In this document: positions 1-9,575 of the stretch, one piece after another | Layout: every line of letters begins with the position of its first letter | Position numbering within the stretch: position 1 is the stretch's first letter | DNA from: Candidatus Latescibacterota bacterium | GTDB lineage: Bacteria; Latescibacterota; UBA2968 | DNA length: 64,000 bases | Reading direction: 5' to 3' | Assembly (NCBI GenBank): GCA_965198115.1 | Contig: OZ240241.1 | Span: 5,664,001-5,728,000 of the forward strand | The notes under the pieces: model-generated | What the model was told of the DNA's origin: nothing | Seen by the model: the letters and a program-made list of their open reading frames with translations, nothing else | Databases searched by the model: none | Program-made: the position numbers and the translations under genes

Positions 1-202
1 TTGGCGGCTTGCCGGACCCCCAACAACCCACCCAAACCGATTCGAGCGGGTGCGGGCGCAGGCGCAGGGCATGCAGGAGAGCGCCGAGATCGGGGACCTC
101 GAACCCGTGCCCCACGTCATCGGCCAACAACTTGACGCCGGATCAGGACCTTGGGGACCGTGAAAGAAGCTGCTCCCCCACGTCATCTTAAAGCTGCCGT
201 TT

Positions 203-622
203 TTGGGAACGGGTGCCCTCTACCCGATCGAATTTGCCCCCGGCGACATTCTCATCGAGGTCGGCTGCTACAAGAGCCTGGCTTGGTTTGGAAAAACCCG
301 AGCAGCAGCGGCAAAGATAAAACGATCGGCCCGAAAGGTCGCCGAGCGATGGTGCAGGCAGAACCACATCCCCCGGTCGTCGATCGCCACCGATGTGTGG
401 CGAGCCGAAGGGAGAGATAACCAGGTTCGCTACATTCACACCATCACCTGTTACCGTCCGGTGAAACTGATGGTCCCTGATTTTCTCGACCCGTTCTGGG
501 CTGATGTCAAGGCCCAGTACCTGAAAGAACGCTACGGCTTCGCAGGAACCGGGGTTGACTCGACCTTAGAAATTTTCTATATTGCCAATGAACGAGAGAG
601 ACCATCTAAAGGATCTCGATGA
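203..622 (+). CDS. hypothetical protein of the integrated element (start uncertain)
   Basis: 139-aa ORF; the frame is open back to ~164, just after a TGA; overlaps the next small ORF; no motif recognised. Confidence 0.5.
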   Translation: MGTGALYPIEFAPGDILIEVGCYKSLAWFGKTRAAAAKIKRSARKVAERWCRQNHIPRSSIATDVWRAEGRDNQVRYIHTITCYRPVKLMVPDFLDPFWADVKAQYLKERYGFAGTGVDSTLEIFYIANERERPSKGSR

Positions 623-764
623 GCGCACGCTGCGCGGGCGAATCAAGAATTGGCACCAGGAGAATTGTGGACGCCAACAACTGATTGAGGTCTACGAGAA
701 GGAACTGTTAGCACGCGGGCTCTCGAGCGAGACCGCCCGTGCTGTCCCCAACATAGAGTCCTGA
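588..764 (+). CDS. small hypothetical protein
   Basis: MNERDHLKDLDERTLRGRIKNW..., helical, overlaps the upstream ORF, followed by hairpins and a terminator. Confidence 0.45.
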   Translation: MNERDHLKDLDERTLRGRIKNWHQENCGRQQLIEVYEKELLARGLSSETARAVPNIES

Positions 765-837
765 CCCGCAGGACCGGATTAATACCCGGTCCGTGTAGCA
801 CGCGGACTGCTGGGCGTAAACACAGGCTTCTAATCCA

Positions 838-887
838 AGCCCGCTTCTTCAACTTTCAAAAGTTGAGGAGGCGGGCTCTTTTTGTTT
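838..887 (+). terminator. rho-independent terminator
   Basis: AGCCCGCTTCTTCAACTT / AAGTTGAGGAGGCGGGCT stem followed by CTTTTTGTTT. Confidence 0.8.
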
Positions 888-1105
888 ATGGCCGAAAACT
901 TCGATCTCTCCACCACGAAGGTCAAGGAACGCCCAGAAGCTCTCGGTGCCAAAGGTCCGGTTCGGAAGAACGACCAAGAGGCCATCGATTTCCTCGAAGC
1001 GTTTAAGGAAAAGGAGCACCGGGCCGAGCTGGCATGCACCAGGTGGAACCGGTCCCCGGCGGCGTGATTCCGGGTGTATAGGGAAAGGAAGAAAGGAGCA
1101 GGTAG

Positions 1106-1897
1106 ATGTTCGATCTGATGGTGGTCCAGTGGTTGGCGATTTTTATCGTGGCTGTAAATGCCTGGAGGTTACTCAGGAGAGGATACAGGCCCTTCAGCTC
1201 GGTTCTACGCTTGAACGCAACCGCCGAAGAGGACATCTTCGCACCGCCAGTTGAAGATCCCCAGAGCAAGACCCCGGAAGAGGAGGAGGATACCTCGGAA
1301 GAGGAGGATACCTCAGGAGAGGTTAGGGATTGGGAAGCGCACGCCCGCCGGCTGGAAGAGAAGATCGCCCGGAGTGAGGGGTCTTCCTCCACGGCCGACA
1401 AGCTTCTTGATGCCCTCAACAAGATCCGAAGCGGCGACCAGGAGGATACCGCCGAGGAGAAGAACCCTTATGATGTAGCAACCCAGAGCGAGGAACACGT
1501 TCGCTGGGAGGCTGAGCACGCAGCCGGAAAGACCAAGGAAGAGGTCGCGGAGCAGCAGCCCCGGCAAGTTGAAGCGATCGTGAACGCCCGAGAGCGATGG
1601 GACGCCTTTCAGGATGTCACCGAGACACTCACAAAGGAGTTTCCGTCTCTTGCAGGGTTGGGACGTCTCCGCGCAGAGCACAAAGAATGGGCTGAAAGGG
1701 TGTTCGGTGATCGACCGAGGCAGATATCCTACTTGCCTCAGGACGTGTATCGTGCTTGCCAGGGCATCGCGGATGCCTTTGAGCTTGGACGGGGATCTTA
1801 CTATGGGACCCGCAAGGACGCTTGTGAATTGCTGACTCTTTGCGGAATCGGGACAGATGTCGACACACTTCGGAAGTGGCGTTCTCGGAACCCGTGA
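1106..1897 (+). CDS. hypothetical protein: N-terminal TM helix, acidic linker, possible C-terminal HTH
   Basis: AAGGAG RBS; hydrophobic LMVVQWLAIFIVAVNAW; tandem EEEDTS x2; C-terminus ACELLTLCGIGTDVDTLRKW is HTH-like. Confidence 0.65.
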   Translation: MFDLMVVQWLAIFIVAVNAWRLLRRGYRPFSSVLRLNATAEEDIFAPPVEDPQSKTPEEEEDTSEEEDTSGEVRDWEAHARRLEEKIARSEGSSSTADKLLDALNKIRSGDQEDTAEEKNPYDVATQSEEHVRWEAEHAAGKTKEEVAEQQPRQVEAIVNARERWDAFQDVTETLTKEFPSLAGLGRLRAEHKEWAERVFGDRPRQISYLPQDVYRACQGIADAFELGRGSYYGTRKDACELLTLCGIGTDVDTLRKWRSRNP

Positions 1898-1932
1898 ACA
1901 TGCCCCCCTTTGCGAGAAAGTGAGATGTTCAC
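1894..1932. promoter_or_regulatory. inverted repeat, possible operator upstream of the xis promoter region
   Basis: GTGAACAT (1894-1901) ... ATGTTCAC (1925-1932). Confidence 0.3.
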
Positions 1933-1952
1933 AGGTTTTATGAGAAGTTGGA

Positions 1953-3124
1953 CTAGTGTCACGTCCCGCGTATAAGCTTCAAAAGTTTATGGACTTTCTC
2001 GAGGATTGAATCTGCCGTGGCGGTCCAGACGAAGGGTGTAGAATTCTCGTTGTAGTGATCAGTGAATTTCTTGATGCAGGCGATCAGGTCCTTGACGCTT
2101 CTGAAGGTGCCTCGTCGAATGGCTCTTTGGGTGATGATACCGAACCAGATCTCTACCTGGTTCAGCCAGGAGGCATATGTTGGTGTGTAGTGCACGTGAT
2201 ATCGTTTCCGTGAGGCGAGCCAACGCTTGACGTTCGGGTGCTTGTGCGTGCCGTAATTATCGACGACCAGATGGATGTCGAGATCCTTTGGGACGTTCTT
2301 GTCGATGTGCTTGAGGAACTGAAGGAACTCTTTGTTGCGGTGTCTGGGCTTGCACTGAGTCAGAACTTTGCCGGATGCGATGTTGAGCGCTGCAAAGAGG
2401 GTGGTCGTGCCGTTCCGGATATAGCTGTGAGTGACGCCCTCGACGTATCCGAGACCCAAAGGAAGAATCGGTTGTGTCCGTTCGAGTGCTTGAATCTGGC
2501 TCTTCTCGTCTACACAGAGCACCATCGCGTTGTCCGGTGGGTTCAGGTATAGACCGACGATATCCCTGACTTTCTCGACGAAGAAGGGATCGTTCGACAG
2601 TTTGAAGTGCTTCTGTCGATGCGGTTGCAGTCCAAAAGCTTTCCATACACGTTGAACCGAGGACTTGGAGAGCCCCGTCTCGTCGGCCATCGAACGACAG
2701 GTCCAGTGGGTGGCACCCTTCGGTTGCTTCTTGAGCGTCTTGTAGATGAGGGAGGAGATCTCTTCGTCGCTGACCGACCGTGGCCCTCCAGGACGCAATT
2801 CGTCATACAGTCCCATCAAGCCTTGCTCGCAGAAGCGACGACGCCACTTGCCGACAGACGCTCCGGACAACCCGACTCGTTCCGCGATCTCCTGATTGGT
2901 CAGACCGCAATCGCTCATCAAGACGATCTTCGCGCGACGCACCAAAGCGTGAGACATGCTACGCGAACGAGACAATGACTCGAGTTGATCGTGGACCTCA
3001 TCACTGATGTTCAGTGGCTGTAACGGACGACCTCTAGCCATCGGTTCCTCCCAAGAATGAGTGCTTGAGGAACCATACGACAGAATCGAATATTTTTCTA
3101 GTTATTCCTGGGACGTGACACTAG
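1953..3124 (-). mobile_element. IS630-family insertion sequence
   Basis: Terminal IRs CTAGTGTCACGTCCC / GGGACGTGACACTAG; CTAG (TA) target at both ends. Confidence 0.93.
1959..3041 (-). CDS. IS630-family transposase
   Basis: N-terminal HTH; VDEKSQIQAL, VVDNYGTHK and TPTYASWLNQVEIWF DDE motifs. Confidence 0.95.
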   Translation of the reverse strand: MARGRPLQPLNISDEVHDQLESLSRSRSMSHALVRRAKIVLMSDCGLTNQEIAERVGLSGASVGKWRRRFCEQGLMGLYDELRPGGPRSVSDEEISSLIYKTLKKQPKGATHWTCRSMADETGLSKSSVQRVWKAFGLQPHRQKHFKLSNDPFFVEKVRDIVGLYLNPPDNAMVLCVDEKSQIQALERTQPILPLGLGYVEGVTHSYIRNGTTTLFAALNIASGKVLTQCKPRHRNKEFLQFLKHIDKNVPKDLDIHLVVDNYGTHKHPNVKRWLASRKRYHVHYTPTYASWLNQVEIWFGIITQRAIRRGTFRSVKDLIACIKKFTDHYNENSTPFVWTATADSILEKVHKLLKLIRGT

Positions 3125-4334
3125 GAGCCTGTCGGAGTACCCAGCCGGAGGAAGATTTCGTATTGTAGAAGTGCGACCAAGGTTCCGACTCTGAATTGGA
3201 GGTTTCCGTTGAGCACTTCTACTCGGTTTCGTGTCTACAATCCGGCTCAGTTGATGTTGCTGCCTCCGGATCTCCGGAGTTGGCTTCCCAAGGGTCATCC
3301 GACCTACTTCATTCTGGATATCGTCGGACAACTTGATTTGTCCGCGATCTACGAGACCTACGATGGGTCTCAAGGTGGCCAGCCACCGTATGATCCCCGG
3401 ATGATGGTGAGCCTACTGCTGTATGGTTACTGCGAAGGCATCAGGAGTTCCCGCAAGATTGAGCGTGCGACCTATGACTCCGTTGCTTTCCGTGTGCTCA
3501 GCCTGGATCAGCATCCTGATCACGACACGATATCGACCTTTCGTCAACGGCATCTGGATGCCCTCTCAGGTCTGTTCAGGCAAGTGCTGTGTCCCTGCGT
3601 GAAGGCAGGTCTGGTGAAGCTGGGACACGTGGCGTTGGATGGCACGAAAGTCAAAGCAAATGCCTCAAAACACAAAGCGATGAGCTACGGCCGGATGAAG
3701 AAGAAAGAAGCCGAGATCGAGGCCGAAGTGCGCAGACTCTTGACCGAGGCCGAAGCCACTGACGCGGCCGAAGACGAACTCTACGGAAAGGACAACCGCG
3801 GCGACGAGTTGCCCGAGGAGTTGCAGCACCGGGAGACTCGACTCAAAGTAATCCGCGACGCAATAGCCGAGATCGAAGCCGAAGCGGAGGCTGAGTTTCC
3901 TGAGAAGCAGGCAGCGTATGAAGAGAAGGTAAAGGCCCGGGAGCGCCGCGGCGGTCGTGGACGTAAGCCCAAGCCTCCATCGAAAGAGCCCGACTGAAAG
4001 GAACAACTGAACTTCACCGATCCCGACTCACGGATCATGGTCTCAGGGGGCCAATTCCTTCAAGCCTACAACTGCCAAGCTGCTGTGGATGACAAGGCCC
4101 AGATTGTCGTTGCTGCCGACGTCACCCAAGAAGCTAATGACAAGAACCAGATGACACCTATGGTCAACCAGATCAGAGCGAATATGGGCGGCACGACACC
4201 CAAGCACCTCACTGCCGACACCGGATACTTCAACCAAAGTCAGGTCGATCAGGTTCAATCAGATGGCGTCGACCTCTATGTGGCGACGACAAAACAGAAG
4301 GGAATTATAGCGAATGGTGCCCAAGCACCACCTT

Positions 4335-4505
4335 TTACGAGGGGTTGTCCGGCTTGGAACCTTTGATCTTCTTCATGTATTCCCAATCCTTTTTCTTCGG
4401 CGTTTGCAGGAATACCCTGGCTAGTTCTTCCGGGGTGGTCTCGATCCTCTCAAAGTGCTCGTTCCGCGTGGGACTCGGTTTGGGAGTTTGTTTCTGTTTC
4501 TTCAT
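4335..4505 (-). CDS. 56-aa basic passenger protein of the IS1595 element (below the ORF-track cutoff)
   Basis: Hand translation MKKQKQTPKPSPTRNEHFERIETTPEELARVFLQTPKKKDWEYMKKIKGSKPDNPS*; AGGAAGGA RBS upstream. Confidence 0.6.
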   Translation of the reverse strand: MKKQKQTPKPSPTRNEHFERIETTPEELARVFLQTPKKKDWEYMKKIKGSKPDNPS

Positions 4506-4620
4506 GGCGTTCCTTCCTGATTAGGGAATCAAGAAAAGGGAATTACACCTGAGTGCCCAGGACGTTGCGGATGTTGTAGCGTCCAGACTTGCGCCTCTTG
4601 GTCTCTACCATGACTCTTCC

Positions 4621-5307
4621 TTATCGGATTCGCAGCGATTCCACGAGCGCGGGAGCTAGGTTGATGGCAAATTCCACATCAGTAGGGCGGGTGTCCTGCG
4701 TCTTTGGCCAGCGAACACATCCCGTAACGGTAAACCTGCCTTCATAGGCTGAACGGAACCCCTCCGCGAGATCAAGTCCAGAGTGAAGTTGGGCCAGCAG
4801 ACTATTCCAATTGGTAACAGATTTGGGAAAACCCGTGAAGGCGAAGAGCCATACTAGGAAGTGTTCAAACCGGAACGTATCTGGGACCATATCCTCGAAT
4901 GCCTCCCGAAACTTTGACTCCAGGCGGGCTGAGGAACCGGGCCCCATCTTGATCTCGCCCCGAAGTTTCATGTCTCGGTATCCGCGAGACGAATAGATGT
5001 TGGCCCACGCTTTCGTCCCTTGCCGAACGACGTAATCACCCATGAACTCACGATCGATCTGCCACGGCTCCACATCACGAAATCGAGGTCGCATTAGGTT
5101 CTTACCGTTGGGTGCTGGAGGCAATCCAATGAGGCTTCCATGAAAAAACTGATCGAGAAAATTGTCAGTCCCTTTTCGCCTTAAAGACCCATCCTCTTCT
5201 CCGATGTCGTTCGCAGCAAACACGAACGCAGGAACTATCCAGCTGCTGTCGTACTCTTGCAGATGGGTAATAGCCGTCTGAATGGTCCTGATCGTGAAAT
5301 AACGCAT
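4621..5307 (-). CDS. unknown 228-aa passenger protein (candidate nuclease or DNA-binding partner of the MTase)
   Basis: ATG (MRYFTIR...) lies 4 nt after the MTase stop; intact; no motif confidently recognised. Confidence 0.7.
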   Translation of the reverse strand: MRYFTIRTIQTAITHLQEYDSSWIVPAFVFAANDIGEEDGSLRRKGTDNFLDQFFHGSLIGLPPAPNGKNLMRPRFRDVEPWQIDREFMGDYVVRQGTKAWANIYSSRGYRDMKLRGEIKMGPGSSARLESKFREAFEDMVPDTFRFEHFLVWLFAFTGFPKSVTNWNSLLAQLHSGLDLAEGFRSAYEGRFTVTGCVRWPKTQDTRPTDVEFAINLAPALVESLRIR

Positions 5308-5311
5308 GAGA

Positions 5312-6289
5312 TCACCGCGCCTTTCCGGTTCCCGGTTTTCTGAAGCGTGCCCGATTACCAGCCCATGTATCCCATCCCTTGGATTGCTTGGCAAGAGCAT
5401 TCAGAACTTCCGACTCTGAGAGACACTGATCCGTCAACAAGCGTTCAGTGATATAATCGACATACTCATCGCCTAGATCAATTCCGACCGCATTTCGACC
5501 ATGTCGCAGCGCCACGAAAATCGTTGTACCACTGCCAATGAATGGGTCGAGGACATGCCCGCCGGACGGGCTGCCTGCAAGGATGCATCGCCTAGCAAGC
5601 TCATCCGGGAACATCGCGTTATGAATCGTGGTGCGCTTACGCTCGATGGGAATATTCCACACATCTTCTTCCGTGAGGGCGGAGCGGTCGAATGAATAGA
5701 AGCGACTGCGGGAGAACATGAAGACGAATTCATACTGTCGGTGCGGACGATCCCTCGCGGTGGGTTCGACGAACGCATTGCGGCGATTCCACACGATAGC
5801 GCTACGCAGGGTCCAACCTCTGCCCTGCATTTCCAGGGCGACAGTCCAGGGAATTCCGAGAAGGGATTTCTTGGGAATGTCCCATCCTCCGATGTCGACG
5901 GCTCGTTTCTTTTTTCGCGAGAAATTACGCGTGGCACATTTAGGGTCATGCCCGTGCGGTTGTCCGTTCCCAGAGTAGTAAGTGTCTCCTATATTCAAAA
6001 ATAACACACCTTCGGGGTGCAGCACGCGGCGTACCTCGTCGAATACGTCCATAAGGGTGGTGACATAGCCCTCGACCGAGTCTTCGTGGCCGATTTGCCC
6101 ATCGAAACCATAATCGCGTGCCCAGTAGTAGGGGGGGGACGTAAGTGCCACGTTGAAGACATCACTTGGTAAGCGGCGGAGGGCGGTCGCGGCATCGTCG
6201 TGGATTACCGTCGCAAAGTTCGCGCCTGAATCGACCGATTCGAGTTTGCCAGCCGCATTGACTGTTTCATCTGTGACCACGGTGCTCAT
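5312..6289 (-). CDS. site-specific N4-C/N6-A DNA methyltransferase, beta class
   Basis: Motif IV TSPPY precedes motif I VLDPFIGSGTT; FLNIGDTY; start overlaps the transposase stop (ATGA). Confidence 0.93.
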   Translation of the reverse strand: MSTVVTDETVNAAGKLESVDSGANFATVIHDDAATALRRLPSDVFNVALTSPPYYWARDYGFDGQIGHEDSVEGYVTTLMDVFDEVRRVLHPEGVLFLNIGDTYYSGNGQPHGHDPKCATRNFSRKKKRAVDIGGWDIPKKSLLGIPWTVALEMQGRGWTLRSAIVWNRRNAFVEPTARDRPHRQYEFVFMFSRSRFYSFDRSALTEEDVWNIPIERKRTTIHNAMFPDELARRCILAGSPSGGHVLDPFIGSGTTIFVALRHGRNAVGIDLGDEYVDYITERLLTDQCLSESEVLNALAKQSKGWDTWAGNRARFRKPGTGKAR

Positions 6290-7221
6290 GAGATCAAATC
6301 CTCATACCGGAGCCGCTTGCCTTCGAGACCCCGGACGATGGCCCGCATCTGCTGGACGGTGTCGAGTGGGCGGGTGTTGTGGCGACCTGAGAACTCATTG
6401 ACGTAACGCTGTAGATGCTTCGGGGACATTCGGTGATAAGTCCCGTGGTAGCCACGCTTGAGCATCCCCCAAAAGCTCTCCACTCCGTTTGTATGGGCTT
6501 GGCCGTTCACATACTCAGACACAGAGTGCTTGACCGTCTCGTGATTCAGCAAGCCTTCATACGCTCTGTGCTCGTCCGTGTAGACCTTCGCTCCATCCAT
6601 GACCCTTGCCCGGACAAAGCCTTGTAGAGTGGCCTTATCGGTCCCTTCGACCACGAGCGTGGCAACCTGTCCTGTCGTTCGATCCTTCGCCCCCACAACC
6701 GCAGTCTTTCCGGCGGTTCCGCGCCCGAGGTTCGCCCTTTTGTTCTGGTGTTTGTTCTTCTCCACTCCGCCGATGAATGTTTCATCGACTTCTACCGGTC
6801 CATTGAACAAGGCGCACCGTCCCTCCCATGCTTCTCTGAGCCGGTGCGCCATATGCCAAGCCGAGCTTTGGGCAATTCCGAGATCGCGATGAAGCTTCAT
6901 GCTGGAAACGCCCTTGAGGTTCGTGGTCATCAGGTAAATCGCCACCGCCCACTTTTGGAGAGGAATGTTGGAATCTTGCATCGCCGTACCGATACGAACG
7001 CTGAACCGCTTCCGGCAATCCCGGCACCGGAGAGGCATGGTCTTGTGCTTCGCCCCCGTCTGGACGTTCACGCTCCCGCAATGCGGGCAAGCTGGCTCGC
7101 CACCCCACCGGCACTCCGCCAGCCACTTCTCCGCCGCTTCATCGTCGTGGAACTTTTCGAAGGCTTCGATCAAGGAAAGTCCCTCACGATAGCTTTTCCC
7201 CGGTCCAGTTTTGCTTGACAT
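6286..7221 (-). CDS. IS1595-family transposase
   Basis: Zn ribbon CPHC...CRDC; VEVDETFIGG, VYTDEHRAY, HTNGVESFW, RYVNEF motifs. Confidence 0.95.
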   Translation of the reverse strand: MSSKTGPGKSYREGLSLIEAFEKFHDDEAAEKWLAECRWGGEPACPHCGSVNVQTGAKHKTMPLRCRDCRKRFSVRIGTAMQDSNIPLQKWAVAIYLMTTNLKGVSSMKLHRDLGIAQSSAWHMAHRLREAWEGRCALFNGPVEVDETFIGGVEKNKHQNKRANLGRGTAGKTAVVGAKDRTTGQVATLVVEGTDKATLQGFVRARVMDGAKVYTDEHRAYEGLLNHETVKHSVSEYVNGQAHTNGVESFWGMLKRGYHGTYHRMSPKHLQRYVNEFSGRHNTRPLDTVQQMRAIVRGLEGKRLRYEDLIS

Positions 7222-7257
7222 TTTGCTCTCCCTTTGGGTGTGTTCTTTACTACAAGA

Positions 7258-7286
7258 ATGATACCCCAAAGGTGGGGTTAAGTCAA
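7258..7286 (-). promoter_or_regulatory. sigma70-type promoter of the IS1595 tnp-MTase operon
   Basis: Minus strand TTGACT-17 nt-TATCAT; the spacer holds the palindrome ACCCCA-CCTT-TGGGGT. Confidence 0.65.
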
Positions 7287-7932
7287 GCAAAAACAAGCAT
7301 GTAAGCAAAATAAATCAAGCATGCGAACGAACAAAGGTAAGGCACCGTGAGTGTCGCCGTCAACACATTTGGTGAGGGGGTGCTTGGGCACCATTCGCTA
7401 TAATTCCCAAACAGAAACATGGAACGCCCATCGCGACCTGCCCCAGGGGACGGATCCCCAAGGGCGCAACGACGAAAGACAAAATGGCGAGAAAGCTTCT
7501 CACACAGAAAGGTCGCTGCACCTACTGGAAAAGAAAACAGATCATCGAACCCGTGTTTGGACAGATCAAATCCGTTCGGAACTTCACCCGATTCTCATTC
7601 CGCCGAATCCACAAAGTCATCAGAGAATGGAACCTGATCTGTCTCACACACAACCTTCTGAAACTCTATCGACTCTCATTGGCTACCTGATCCCGAAGAG
7701 AAACTCGGCTCAAGGAAAAACGAAGGTAACCGGTCGCTGACAGACTCAGCTGGACTTAATCTCAACGAGCTTCCGGGTGTAACCCGACAGGCTCCTAGTT
7801 CGTATATTCACGCATAGATGGGTAGAGAAAGGCCCCCGATCGTGATCAAGACGACCAGAGGCCGGAGCACACTACCGGATCGCACCAGTAGGTACACCCC
7901 CAAGATACAGCCTAAAGCCAGAGGAGATCAAG

Positions 7933-8157
7933 ATGAGTGTGGAAGTTGTTGGAGATCGCCTGCTGAAGCCCGCGGAAGCCGCCGAGTATCTCCAGTGCAC
8001 GGAGAATACGCTCCGGTGTTGGGTGAGTCGCCGGCGCGTGCCTCACGTGAAAATCGGTAGGTCTGTTCGGTTTCGTCTGGCCGACCTCGAGGCATTCGTC
8101 GAAAAGAACTTGGTCAAGCCCGTCGCGTGCCTGAGTTCGTCCAAACTCACGTCATGA
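7933..8157 (+). CDS. excisionase-like HTH DNA-binding protein
   Basis: LLKPAEAAEYL...TLRCWVSRRRVPHVKIGRSVRFRLADLEAF; GAGGAG RBS. Confidence 0.9.
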   Translation: MSVEVVGDRLLKPAEAAEYLQCTENTLRCWVSRRRVPHVKIGRSVRFRLADLEAFVEKNLVKPVACLSSSKLTS

Positions 8158-8454
8158 ACCCTCAAAGGACTTGGAATCCGGTGATCTACGGAACCGGCGT
8201 CGCACTGCCTGGATATTTCTGATCAAACGTTCGTACGTCAGAAACATTCATTGTGGACGCCTGTCCCGGCGACGACCGGAAGGGAAGAGGAGACCACAAT
8301 TCCCGCTTGCCGTCCCGGACTTCGGAGACGATTGGCACAACCTGACTCTCTTGTCGGAGCCCCAAGGGTGTGCACGAGTCGATTACGGTTCTCAGAGGTG
8401 TCCCTGTTTTGTCTGGCCGTCGGTGGTGATGAACAGAGGTGTGGGCAAGCCGCG

Positions 8455-8823
8455 ACGCCGCTCTCTTTGTTGCCCAAGGCCAGAGAGATCAGAACCTTCC
8501 GGCCGTCCAGGGTGATGCCCCAGGCGCACAGGATGGCTTCGCGGGTGATGCCGTGGGTGCGCAACGGTTCGTAGAGCCCGTCCAGAAACAGGCACAGGAG
8601 CGGAAGGTCACTGAGGTCACGGTTCTGGAAAGCCTCGTATTGTTCCCAGAGAACCTCGGTCACCTCGCTGACCTTGCTGCGAGAGAGCAGGCAGCGACCC
8701 TGCTCGTCGGTGAAAGCGTCCTCGATGTCCCGAGTGGACAGGCCGCGGGCATACATCTCGGTGGCCAGACGCTGAACCATCTCTGAGTCGCCACGCAAGA
8801 CGTCGTAGAGGGTGCAGCGATAG
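8455..8823 (-). pseudogene. IS256-family transposase fragment
   Basis: EMYARGLSTRDI...LSRSKVS...LFLDG...WGITLDGRK; both ends missing. Confidence 0.85.
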
Positions 8824-8834
8824 GACTCATCTGA

Positions 8835-9558
<724 letters not shown>

Positions 9559-9575
9559 GAGAGAGCGAGGGGGAA

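Larger units (their letters stand above)
4300..7408 (-). mobile_element. IS1595-family element carrying passenger genes (transporter IS)
   Basis: Perfect 30-bp IRs GGGAATTATAGCGAATGGTGCCCAAGCACC (4300-4329 / 7379-7408); 8-bp TSD AAACAGAA (4292-4299, 7409-7416). Confidence 0.95.
3209..7690 (+). pseudogene. IS1182 transposase, disrupted
   Basis: GQPPYDPRMM, SSRKIE, PDHDTI, LDGTKVKANAS motifs; in-frame TGA at 3995 before KEQLNFTDPDSRIM; split at 4299/7409; C-terminus KRKQIIEPVFGQIK at 7484-7690. Confidence 0.9.
3125..7794 (+). mobile_element. IS1182-family insertion sequence, interrupted by an IS1595 element
   Basis: IRs GAGCCTGTCGG (3125) / CCGACAGGCTC (7794); CTAG duplicated at 3121-3124 and 7795-7798. 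Confidence 0.9.
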
